Assembly (NCBI RefSeq): GCF_006345805.1 | Contig: NW_021829627.1 | Span: 1-32,040, forward strand | Source: Octopus sinensis | Lineage: Eukaryota | DNA length: 32,040 bases | Direction of reading: 5' to 3' | Shown: piece by piece, positions 11,317 to 22,253 of the stretch | How the letters are laid out: each line of letters opens with the position of its first letter | How positions within the stretch are numbered: the stretch's first letter is position 1 | Notes under the pieces: generated by a model | The model's database searches: none | What the model saw: the letters and a program-made list of their open reading frames with translations, nothing else | Told to the model about the DNA's origin: nothing | Program-made: the position numbers and the translations under genes

Positions 11317-12599
11317 AATAGAAAAGAACCACTGGATCTAACACAACTATTCATTCTTTAATTAACCAAACACCATTTGAAAAACTAAGAGGAGTTTCTG
11401 GCATAAACACAGTCATTCATGAATATAAAAGTTTTTCAATTTTTTTAAATTTTAAGGAAAGTGGGGGTTTGGATGATTTCTATCCACCATTTGAATGTAG
11501 AAAATATTTCAGATGTTTTATGTAAATTTTGTATAAAGTATGCTCAAAAACATAGATGATACTGATTTTGTATTAAATTTTTTTCCACAGAATTTAAATT
11601 TATCGTATTTTAAACGGATGAATAAAAAGATGAATGTTCATCAATCGAAATACAATTTTTCAAAAAAAAATTTTTTCAATTGGAAATGAAGTATGTTTAG
11701 TGAATAATTGATAGGTTCGCTTTTAAAAGATTATGTGACAAATCCTTCACCGTAGCTAAACAGATTTGAATCTCCATATGGAGAAACAGCTGAAATTAAT
11801 CAAATTTTGTCATACAATCAACTACTGATTTATTTTATATTCTAAAAAAACATAGACGCTTAATTCTAATAAATTTTTTATTGTTGAAACGGTTATTGAT
11901 TAGAATCCAATGCAATTAATTTTTACAGTCACTAGACAGGCATTATAATAGATTGATAGGTGATATGTAGCCACCATGGAATAATACGGGCATTATTATA
12001 GATTGAAGCGACATAATACAGTGTAGCATTTAGCCCATCATAAAGAGGCAGTTTTGTTTGATTTGCGACTAAATCAGTTTTTATAATTACACGATTTTTC
12101 CAATTATTGGATCTTAGTCATATTTCCACTTTCGTTTTTGATCATTTTGTCCGCCGCTACGGTGGAGTTATAATCAAAGAGAATTTCTTAATAATGTCAA
12201 ATAGCGCCCAAATTGGTTTTGTGACCATACTTATTGAAGAAATCCATCTTTTAGTAGATTTTTATAATTTGTAATTTTGTATTTTTCAAAAGAGGGTTTT
12301 CATTTAGACCCAGGTGCTTTAAAACAATAATTTTTTATTAGAAAATATAATTCAGCGGCATTGATTAATCATACAAATACATGATTATTATTGAAACCTA
12401 TATATTTTATTCACATGTGAAAAACAGTTTTTATTTTTTTGGCCGATAAGAGGGCGAACCTAATAAAATAATAATCATATTGGGAAGATTAAAAATATGT
12501 ATTTCACTCATTTTTAATAATTATGATTGATCAAGTAAAAAATCAAGTAAATATTTATGCAGAATCTACATTTGATTTTTAACTAAAGTCGCCTTTGCA

Positions 12600-13130
12600 T
12601 TGAAACAGAATTAATTATTAGAATTTTAATAACTCATCGTTGTTAACGCTTTCAATACTTCACATTTAAAGGAGTAAAATCTCAAAATAAATTTATTAAA
12701 ATTCTTAGATCGACAACTAAATGAAACCCATTCTATAACAAGGAATAATTTGTTCACATTTTTATAGATATTCTCGGTATTCCAAGCATATTTTTGATAA
12801 CCACAGACTAACATAAGTTGTGTAGTTAATTTATCCAGTTCTTACCAATGTGTCCTGTCCAAGTCTTACTAAACAATATATTCCACCTAAACCTGTCAGA
12901 ATAACACTTATCAAAAGAAGATTGTCTCTATAAACTTTTAAACTACAAAAAGTCGAGAAACTCTGCAAATACGACTTCCCTGCAAATATACAGTGTAGAT
13001 AGAAATATTGTTTTGACATTAGGGGATGACACAAAAAAGGAGTAGTTTTTACATTCTAAAAGATATCGCTTGACTTGTCTACTACTACACCTGTCTTTAA
13101 AAAATAAAAAAGAAATCGTTCTAATCAAAA
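12600..13130 (-). other. Possible small intron-containing gene of unknown function
   Basis: Short open segments (CREVVFAEFLDF / RQSSFDKCYSDRFRWNILFSKTWTGHI / CGYQKYAWNTENIYKN) are separated by plausible 19-38 nt GT-AG introns directly downstream of SmD2. There is only a weak resemblance to dynein light chain (FDKxY..W). Confidence 0.25.
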
Positions 13131-13143
13131 AGTAAGACGAAGA

Positions 13144-13587
13144 TTAAAGAGAGGCCCCAGGATTGCTGAGGACGACAATGACGGTGTCCCCTCTGAGGAA
13201 CATTTTGGAAATATAACTATAAACTAAGGACGGGCAATAACACCGGTCTTTGTTGACAGGCCTGGACTTTTGTCCCTTCTCAGACTTGGGCACTTCTGTC
13301 CACATTTCCCTCACGTTTTCGAGGACCATGTTACAATGTCTATAACACTCATATTTAATGGAGACCGATCAAAGGCCTTCACTCGGGCTAATAGTTTCTT
13401 GTTGTTTCGGCAGCTTATCAGCACTTGCTTATTCTGACGAACCGCTTGGGTCAGAAGGCTTAAGGGACCGACTTCAAACTCCTGTTTTTCCAACTCTGCA
13501 ATCTCATCCTCGGTGAGCATTGAGCGAGGTCTGTCTTTGAGAGGAATTGTTTGATTCCTTAACATTATTAACAAACAAGCACAACAT
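13144..13587 (-). CDS. SNRPD2: Small nuclear ribonucleoprotein Sm D2
   Basis: Three introns of 25, 26 and 27 nt. The spliced protein is MLNQ...[57 protein letters not shown]...[24 protein letters not shown]...*, an unmistakable SmD2 sequence. Confidence 0.96.
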
Positions 13588-13671
13588 GGTCACACAAGAA
13601 TTAACGTTTATAATAAAATAAATTAATATTATTAATATTGTACTTAATTAAATAATCTTATTATTATTAGT

Positions 13672-14144
13672 TTAGATTCTCCGGGAAACCATTTCATCAA
13701 GACTGGACTTCTGAAGATCGACTCGGTCGTTGGTGGTGAAGGAAATAGAACAATTCTAAAAATCCCTACAAGGCCAATAAACCGGGAATAACTTGGCCAC
13801 TCTGCCCTTATCGACCGAAACACGTGCTTTTTTGAGAGGAGGGACCTCATCGCCAATCCACGTGACGAAGGCAAACTTAGTGCGGACAGTGAATTGGTCC
13901 CCAGTGAAGATCTTGACGAATCCGTACATGCGTTTGTGGTCTGTGAATGAGTGAGTGGGGGACCATCAAAGTCGTCCACAAAGTCCTGGTAGTCCACGCC
14001 TGTCTTGGACACCCCAATTAAGTTGTCGGAGTAGTAACAGAACGTGGCCCTTGGAGTCACTCATTTGTGTAACCACATCACTGTGTCTTGCTTTGATTGG
14101 ATGCTCAAATAGGCTTCACTCACATTCTCCTCGAAAGTCAGCAT
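13672..14144 (-). CDS. COTL1: Coactosin-like ADF-H domain actin-binding protein
   Basis: Three introns of 24, 23 and 27 nt. The spliced protein is MLTFEENVSEAYLSIQSKQDTVMW/ATFCY...DYQDFVDDFD/DHKRMYGFVKIFTGDQFTVRTKFAFVTWIGDEVPPLKKARVSVDKGRVAKLFP/NCSISF...RRI*. This matches the coactosin motifs F.TGD...R.KF...TWIG..V..L.RA....DK. Confidence 0.88.
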
Positions 14145-14359
14145 TTATTGCGTAGAATTAAAACTCTTTTATACTCTAGTTAAGCCGGTTGTTGTATCCG
14201 TGTTTAATGTTTTTTTATTTACAGTATTTGTGTTTGAATATTACGTTTTTTGTTTAATTAAAATGTGTATTTAATCTTGATTTTTAATAAGTTATTTTTA
14301 ACTCAAATAAAATGCGGGCACTTAGAGTTATATAATTTTTCTAGTGGTGTTTCATACAG
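14145..14359. promoter_or_regulatory. Putative bidirectional promoter between the coactosin-like gene and anillin
   Basis: AT-rich spacer of about 215 bp between two divergently oriented start codons (14144 minus, 14360 plus). Inferred from gene geometry only. Confidence 0.5.
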
Positions 14360-16406
14360 ATGGATGATAGTAACTACATTCAGAAATATGAGCGCATTTT
14401 ATCAGAGCGACGTGCAAGATTAAGATATTTGGCAGACAAAATACAGTTATTCGACAGCGAAATGAACATCCCAAAGTGAATAACTCAATACATTTGTAGA
14501 CAACCATCTGTTGTTCCCCAAACACCACAAAACAAAGAAAACGTCCCCAGCCCCAGAAAAGAGACCAAACAAACTCACAATCCTTTCAAATTCGTCACTC
14601 CAATCCCCCCAAAACCCACCGAACAGCTGTTTCAGCCCCCTTTGGGTACTAATTTCCCCAATACATAGCAGATGTCCAACATGCTACCCCAGAGAGGCAA
14701 GAACGTGGCCCAATTAAAGGTCACGTAGCTGAAATAGTGCGACAAATCGAGTTACTTGGAGATAAATACCACCAAACGGAAGTCAGACCCCCACAATCAA
14801 ATGTCACCCGTCAAGACTCCCCTCAAACTGTATATCCAGACCAATATTGTAGTCTGATGAAGACACAGAAAGCCCATCGGTTGACTTGTCATCCCAGCCA
14901 GTGAAAGACTCTCCTCAAACTGTAAATCCAGCCAAATATTGTAGTCTGATGAAGACACAGAGAGCCAATCGGTTGACTTGTCATCCCAACCAGTGAAAGA
15001 CTCGCCTAATATTGTAAATTTATACGAATATTGTAGTCTGATGAAGAAATGGAGGGCAAATGGGTAGACATGTGTAGAGAGAAGTGTAATTGTGACTTGT
15101 CTGCATTGAAGGATTCATATGTGGAGGTGTCATCGACAGTGCGGGATATAGTGATGTGTGCTGATGGAGTGAAATATCAGTCGATATACCCATCGTCATC
15201 CCAACTAGTGAAAGGTGAGTGTTGTGATGTATTCAGACATGCTGGAACACTCCCAAGTGATGAAGGTGGTCCACAACACAGTCCATTCTGAAAAGGACTT
15301 GACAGAGGGACACCTCCGGGCATCCTTGGAAATAGAGGAGGGAGTGATAAACCAAGTGATCAAGGCATTGGGGACATGTGGAAGGCACCACACCCCGTCC
15401 ATCCACGCCGAGTGTTCTCGTCTGCTGTTGGTGGCCAGTATATGTCAGATTGATGATTGCCAGTACATCGAAAGGGGGCAATTCTCACACATTTGGAGAG
15501 GAGGATTCTCAGGTCGAATCCCTTTTGCTTTATTATTAAACTGAATGACATTCGACTGCAATTGAAGCAGCCCCTGTCCGACAGAACGCACTATTATGTG
15601 TGTTTGCTCAAACATGGCCACACAGTCCTGGCTACCGAGATGAGGTGGTCTGCCGAGTTTGTTGGCCACTCCTCCATCTTCTTTGCCGACGAGTTCACAC
15701 TGTCCAACCTCCCCGTTGACTTCCAACTGGTCTTGGAAGTGTTTGTCCTCGTCCTCCCCCAACAAAAGCACAGTTTGGTGGCCAAAATGACTCCCCTGTT
15801 GAGTAGTGTGCTTGTGTGTATGGTAGAGAGGAGGAGTAATCGCTTTGTGCCTAAATCCTTCGCGTCGTTGGGGTCCGTCAGTTTGTCCGTGGAGGAGAAT
15901 GGACGGAGGATTATACAACTTCCGCGTCTTCCCTCCACCTGTTTGTTGAATGGATTGATTGGACTTAACTTTGACTGTTCGATAATATCGTCCAAAGTAC
16001 TCAGATGTTTCCTCGTTGTGTTGTGCCGTGATTTATAGACCTTCCGCGAGTCCAACTCGAGTTGGGATCGACGTTGGTGTTTCATGTGTGAGGCAGTTCT
16101 CAAGATGTGGCATTACCCCGAGGATGAGCGTTCTGGCAAGGTTGTGTGTGTTGTCCATTCTAGATTCCAATTCGAAGGATTGACTTTCTCAACAGTCTGG
16201 ATGGCCTCCCTCTCCTATTTCGGGGATGGTTTGTCCACGGCCTTTCACATTCGAGGTTCGGTTGAGGGAGAGTCGTCGTGAGGTTGGTGTGGCCAGGTGA
16301 TTGTAGGTCGTGTTTGGTCTCTACTGACTCCATGGATGTGATGATGGATATGCTCGAGTTGTTGAATAACCTTTGGGAGCAATTGTTCTTTGAGGCGCTG
16401 ACTTAA
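14360..16406 (+). CDS. ANLN: Anillin-like protein (RhoA-binding/anillin homology domain + PH domain)
   Basis: About 11 introns of 22-26 nt (for example 14476-14499, 14646-14668, 14830-14852). Motifs: NQVIKALGTC...AECSRLLLVA, LNDIRLQLK...YYVCLLKHGHTVLATEM...LPVDFQLVLEVF, and PH CFL/TFRE..SWDRRWCF...LKMWHYPEDE...CPRPFTFEV. One or two apparent single-base frameshifts at about 16205-16310 (possibly sequencing errors) make the 3' end less certain. Confidence 0.88.
14810..15050 (+). repeat. Tandem 92-bp exon+intron units in anillin (69-nt exon + 23-nt intron)
   Basis: Exons 14853-14921 (SDEDTESPSVDLSSQPVKDSPQT) and 14945-15013 (SDEDTESQSVDLSSQPVKDSPNI). Three related introns (gta.at...aatattgtag) lie at 14830, 14922 and 15014. 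Confidence 0.85.
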
Positions 16407-18335
16407 CTAAAGTGTGGTTATTTCATCGTTGTTTTATATTTGCAGACTAAGTTAGGAGTTTTAATGATACAGCCAGTTGTCTTACAGAGGTAGGATTTCA
16501 ACAACCACCCCCTGTGGGTGGCAAATTGTACTTTAGCAGGCTAGTTTTTCTACTAAATGCATTCATTTAATGTTTTGTCGCATTAAGGTGGACTGAGATG
16601 ACACTTATTATAAACAAAAGGTGTCCATATCAGGATATTAATTACAATTTGGGATTGACGATCGAAAGGTCATTTCTCAGTAAGTCGAACTTAGTGCTTA
16701 ACATATGTTATTGACGATTTTTGAGTGTTTTTGTGCATTGGGCCATCAACGTATTATGGAAAACAATCCATGATTTGTTTATCGCCTAGTCAGATTTAAT
16801 CGTGATTAGCCATGCCGCAAGATTTAAACAACATGTTGACATCTCGCTATTCGGCCACACTTTTTTTATAAGATCAAGACAGAAAGAGAACATGTTATCA
16901 AGAAACTAACTAATTCAAATGAATGTGTCTCTGCTTCATCTTGTCCCCTTTTTTTGTAGTGTGGCCGATGAAGACATCCGGTTACGCAGTGAGATCACTG
17001 ATGAGGGCGTCAATTCGGGTTCCACATTAGATGCATGGATGGAGCCTTCCTTTAGCCGAAGTGATAACAGTGGAATTCCAATAAGTACTCCACCACCCGG
17101 AATGAATCAGATTGGTCAAAATAAATCTCAAACTACGATTACCGGTTAATTAAACAGTATATAAAACAAATATTCCGGCGATGCTAATCCTCCTAATGGT
17201 TGGCAGTGTAAACACTAACTTGTATAGAATACCTCTACTCACTTTACTCGCCACTTTCATTCACTCTGAGAGAATAAAACTATACAAGACAATAAAGAAG
17301 AGATTCCTGTTGGCACTGTCGTATACAACTTCTGCAAGGGACTGTGTGCAATGCAGATACTACACAGATATTAAGTATTCAAAGATGTATTTCTCGGCTA
17401 ATTATTTGGAGAATAATGGTTTAAATGAATATAACTTAATTAAATTAGGTGGTTGATCGAATAGACTACTACGACGGACCTCGTTCTGGATTTAAATATG
17501 GTGTTATATTCTTAGAAATCACACTTCTAAAAGATTACAAAGCATACACAGTCGAAATATATATAACAGTAAGAACTGGTGAACTAAAGTGATAGGTCCT
17601 GGACATAAATGACAACCCCCCATATTCCCAAGAAATACACGACTCATAACACTGGGAGGATTATCAACTGGGTTAATTATCCACTTCCCGAGAGCTGTGG
17701 ATAAAGACTCGGGGGTGAATGCACAGACACGGTATGAAGTGCTGGGGGATAGTCGTTCTCCCTCACAAATAACAAATCATCCCCCACTCTTGTATGCCAC
17801 TCCTCCCTCACTCCCCGCTCCCCCCATTAACCTGCGAGTCTTTGCCTTTGACCAACTCGACATACACTACTGGTCATTCATGGACATTGCCATCATATTC
17901 AGATCCGCCTACAACACTCCCATTCAGTTCTACGACGTCATCCTCAAAAAAGTCCCGGGAAAAGGAAAACATTTGATCACAATCCAACCCACGGACGAGG
18001 AGATCGCAAAATACGGAATGCCAACGTATTCAAATACAACCATCCACGGAAAATTTTTTATTTCATATGACGGAGAGATTAAACACTCCGGAACATATAC
18101 AGAGTTGGATGATGTATTTGATGTGGATGTGAAATACACCAACAACAGAGTGGGAGTGTATACAATCCAAGTGAAGACGATTGAAGAGAAGGCCACATTG
18201 AAATGGGTGAATGCTGGAGTTTTCTGTGTTATATGCAGTGTTCCCTCTAATGCTGCGCGCGTGCGCGTGCGCGCAGCAGTTTTGCACCTTGCTCGCAGCG
18301 AACTTTTTTTTCTGCGCAGTAGAAGTATAATATTA

Positions 18336-19537
18336 TGTGACATGGGCTGCGCGATACCTATGGGCCGCGTGATAACCTGACGTGAACCTTGAAATGTGCA
18401 TTATGAATTGATGGGATTAAATTATAAATCTTTAATTAGACCGCGACTCATTCTTATCATTTAATAATTTACTAAATTAGCTAAAGACTCTCTCATTTTG
18501 ACAAAAAAATTATATTTGTAGGAATTTAATTATCAGAATTAATTTTTGGTGGAAAACCTAAATTTCTTGAGTTATTTCTAGCGTGCAATTATTTTGCAGC
18601 AATGTTTTCGTACAAGTTATGTAAAGAATAATTTGGAATATCAATTTTAAAAGATGCGTTACAGGATAAATTTCCTGAACATCTTACAAAGCAAAAAAAT
18701 ATAGACTAGTTAAGAAATTGAAAATTTTACTGTATTAATGAAAGGCATCATACAAATTGTAATGTATAGATTGTATCTTAAATGTCCGAATTCAGATCAC
18801 AAGCTAGTGATTTGTCTAGACAATGAACCCGAAATGGAGATCGTTGCTAAAAGTTTGCATGACTTCTCGCATGGAGGAGTTAACAAATTTGAATATGAAT
18901 GTCGACAACGATTTCACAGTTAAAAATGAGATTATTCGAAAAGTCATTCGAAACTGTGAATTTGTAAATTTGCGCGACCCTTAAAAGTTTTAACTTTTTT
19001 AACTCCTAGATTGGAGATATAAATAACCATGTCTTCGCATCTTGCCCAAATGACAGATTTCAGTAACAATTTATATAGATTTGCATTTGCGAGCCGCTCT
19101 ACACACTAAGTCCTCAAATGAAGTTTGTGAAACCTCAGATCATTATTTTTTCTTAAATGGGACGTGTCAATTTCTTCAGTCCGATAATGGACTGAATTCA
19201 AGATCGTGAATGACCAATCTATGTGAGGAATTCAATATCGAATTCACGGAAGGCCAAACAATCCCCGCTCACAAGGATTGTCGAACGCTTCAATCAACCA
19301 TCATTACAAGAAAAATGGCAAAAATGATCGACAATGATACAAAAAGTGGCTGGAAAAATTAGAAATGCAGATAAAAAATTCGATGAGCGAATTTTGATTG
19401 TGCCAATGTCCAGACTTAAAAAATAATTACAAGTTATTATTCTTTGAAGTTTAATATTAATTACAGATTGCATTAAGTTAAGCTCAAGGTCACGTCAGGT
19501 ATCACGCGGCCATAGGTGTCACGCAAACCATGTCACA
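18336..19537 (+). mobile_element. Ginger-like DNA transposon 2, degenerate, inserted in the hAT 5' region
   Basis: Imperfect TIRs of about 55 bp (TGTGACATGG...GCCGCGTGATA(A)CCTGACGTGA(A)CCTTGA). 5-bp TSD TATTA on both sides. Integrase remnants LYLKCPNSDHKLVICLDNEPEM...LHDFSHGG...CRQRF, LQSDNG and SQGL.ERFNQ are homologous to element 1. Confidence 0.85.
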
Positions 19538-19599
19538 TATTAAAATTGCTATTTTTTTAATTTTTATATGAATTTATATATTCTTATTTTCATTTCAAA

Positions 19600-21590
19600 A
19601 CGAAAACGTGTCTATAATATTGATATGAGACTTAAGAAAATTCTCTCTTCTTTTAAGCCAGAATGGTTGATAGAGTACGTCGAAACCTTAACACCCGATT
19701 CAAAAATTCCCCAACATTGCAACTGGGTGATATTTTTAGTTTTTCCGAAGACTGCGGAGTTTTTGTAAAATATGTGGCGACGCTAAAGCGACTTGTGATT
19801 TTGCGAGTGGAAAAACCTGGGATATATGGAAATTGGATTATCTGAAGAGACATATTACCCATAAAATTCATTCAGATTCAATAATAAAATTAAGAAGAAT
19901 TCGAGCAGGAACTGGAATCAGCTGCTTGCTCACAGAGTCTAAGGATGACCGACAGATGAGATTCAAAATGAGTGATCGTGCACGAAGTAAAATTGAAAAA
20001 GTGAAAATTCTCATTGACAATGTTATTTTGGCTCTCTCCATGAATGCTTCATTACTTTCTGTTATGAATATACATGATCATATGGCAAAATATGTAGAAC
20101 TTCCTGATAGCTGGCGAAGTAAAAATTTGCATTTGAGTTTGTTGAATGCATCGACTACGTGGTCAAAGAGATATGTATGCAGGAAATTAGAGAGTCTCGG
20201 TTCCATACACTCATTGTGGACGAAAGCACAGATATATCCGTAACCAAAATGCTTATTATATATATTAAATATCGTCCTACGGGGACAAATTATCACAAAA
20301 CAGTTTTTGCTAGCATAATGAAACTTACAAGTTGTGACAGTAAATCTATTTTCATTGCAATCAAGAAATTCTACATGACAAACAATCTTGATTTTCAAAA
20401 GATGGTAATGTTTACATCAGATGGGGCATCCGTTATGCTAGGGAGAAGAAATGGCGTGGCATCACTGATCCGTGCTGAGGTTCCTCATCTTACTGAACAA
20501 CATTGCGTCGTTCACAGACAAGATCTAGGGATCGATGATGCATGGAAAAAAATAATCTTGTGAAAAATATTGAAATATTACTCCGGACTGTTTATACTGT
20601 TTTCAGTCGATCAAGTATAAAAAAAAGCTGCATTTCAGGACCTGCTAATGTTGTTGTTGAAGATGTCGTTTCATTTAAGCCACTAAATGAAGTGAGATGG
20701 ATGTCTCGGCATTTTGCTGTTAAAGCTTTGATAAACTACACAATTTTAATTGAATATTTCAAGAAACAGGTTGAAGATGATAATGATCCGATTGCAAAAT
20801 ATTGCTTAAAACAACTTCAAAATCCTCTTATTCATGTTGCTTTAACTGTCTTAAATGAAATTTTGGCTGAATTAGCAGATTTGTGCACAGTTTTCCAAAG
20901 AAGCTGTATATCGACCATAGAAGCAGTACAGTTTGCCAGAGCAAAAATTTCGAAGCTGAAATCTCAATATTTGGATGGAAATGAAATTTACTGGAGTGAC
21001 AGTGTGAAGATGTTGTTATCAACAACTGGTTATGGAGATACAAATACAGATGAAATCCTATGCTTTATCGAGCATGTTTATCTGCATTTACAAGAAAGAT
21101 TTCCAGCTGACGAATTAAGAGAATGGGTAGCATTTGACACTCAAGCAATTCAAAATCAGACAAACTTTGAATTTGGAAAAGAGGAGATAATTAAATTAGC
21201 GAAAAAATATGAAAATTTACTCTCTTCAGAAGTCCCACTCATAAAACTGCAGTCGGAATATACAGATCTCAAGTTTATTTTAAAAGAAAAACTGCACTCT
21301 GGTGCTTTGAAAACATTTGAAGATGTAATTTACTATATACTAGCGGAGAAAAAATTTCAGCCACTGCAACATTTGTGGATATTTGTGGCACATTTCAAGC
21401 GTCGAGTGCTGATGCTGAACGTGGATTTAGTTTGATGAACTGTATCAAAACTAAACTACGTAATAGACTTGAGATTGACCATTTGGAGATGATCATGCGA
21501 ATCAAATTCTATTTAACAAGTGGGAATACAGTGGATCTTGATCGAGTATACAAATTTTGGATACAAAATAAAACAGAAGAGAATATCCAA
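19600..21590 (+). pseudogene. hAT transposase (ZNF862-like), frameshifted
   Basis: Fragments CKICGDAK...WKLDYLKRH, TLIVDESTDISVTKMLIIY, MFTSDGASVMLGRRNGVA, QHCVVHRQDL, NEVRWMSRH and ASSADAERGFSLMNCIKTKLRNRL (hAT dimerisation domain) are spread over different frames. Confidence 0.9.
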
Positions 21591-22253
21591 TTGACTAGAC
21601 CTATTTTTTTAACCATTGGTTTTTTAATTGTAAAATTTTCCCCCCCAAAAATTTTTTGCACACGTCACTTTATAACGCTGCACAATGCAATGTGCCCAGC
21701 GCGCATAGCTACCACCACTCGCTTAGAGGGAACACTGGTTATAGTTGACAAGAAGACAGATTAATAGACCGATTGAGTGTGAGTGAAGTAGTTCAGAAGG
21801 GAGTAGAATGTGGATGCAGTACTAATTCGGAGACTGTTTGTTTTCAGTTGTTTCTTCGACCGATCTGATTCTCCTTGATTATTCGAGTGTCATCCCCACA
21901 ATTAGTGTCAACGTAAGTTGTGTGTGTTTGGAGGACATGATTTGTTTTCGATTCTGGGATGCAAACCAAAAGAATATACAATTACTGTACAGGTTGGGAT
22001 ATATTATTTATCATCACATATTTTCATTTTGCATGCTTCTTAAATTTATGATAGATTATACCTAAAGATTACATCCACACCACAATTATTGAAAACTAGC
22101 TCGGCAGCTCGCTTCGCTCACCGCGACCTAGCTCCTGCGGGGGCTGTTTCATCAACAACTATAAGTTTATGTAGATGTATAAAATAAATTCTAGCTTTAC
22201 GAAAAAACTTAACTAAATAGTTAATATTTTACGCAAATTCTTCTGATGGCGCT

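Larger units (their letters stand above)
9630..11330 (+). mobile_element. Merlin (IS1016/IS1595-like) DNA transposon, complete ends
   Basis: 37-bp TIRs: GGTACTTTTCTATTTCATGAATCACGAAAATAGGCAC at 9630-9666 and its reverse complement at 11294-11330 (1 mismatch). 8-bp TSD ACTTGATC / ACTGGATC. Contains an ISXO2-like transposase. Confidence 0.92.
9500..12013 (+). mobile_element. Remnant of a third Ginger-like integrase element, interrupted by the Merlin transposon
   Basis: HVIAKRPNERF lies before the Merlin element and NTTIHSLINQTPFEKLRGVSGINTVIHE lies after it, both matching element 1. The region 11750-11790 resembles 6405-6450. A terminus ...GCGACA at 12013 is followed by TAATA. The left end was not found. 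Confidence 0.55.
18236..21737 (+). mobile_element. hAT DNA transposon with complete ends, carrying a nested Ginger-like element
   Basis: TIR CAGTGTTCCCTCTAA at 18236 and its reverse complement ending at 21737. Flanking 8-mers GTTATATG / GTTATAGT (6 of 8 identical) are consistent with an 8-bp hAT TSD. Confidence 0.9.

Noticed and set aside
14853-15050. Repeated CTGATGA...GAAA resembling hammerhead ribozyme cores
   Set aside because: I found no flanking stems I-III. The motif is explained by Ser-Asp-Glu codons in the duplicated anillin exons.
15594-16103. Antisense ORFs of 157-169 aa over anillin (also 13644-14060 read as a single ORF)
   Set aside because: These are shadow frames of GC-richer coding DNA, or read-through across introns, with no independent motifs.
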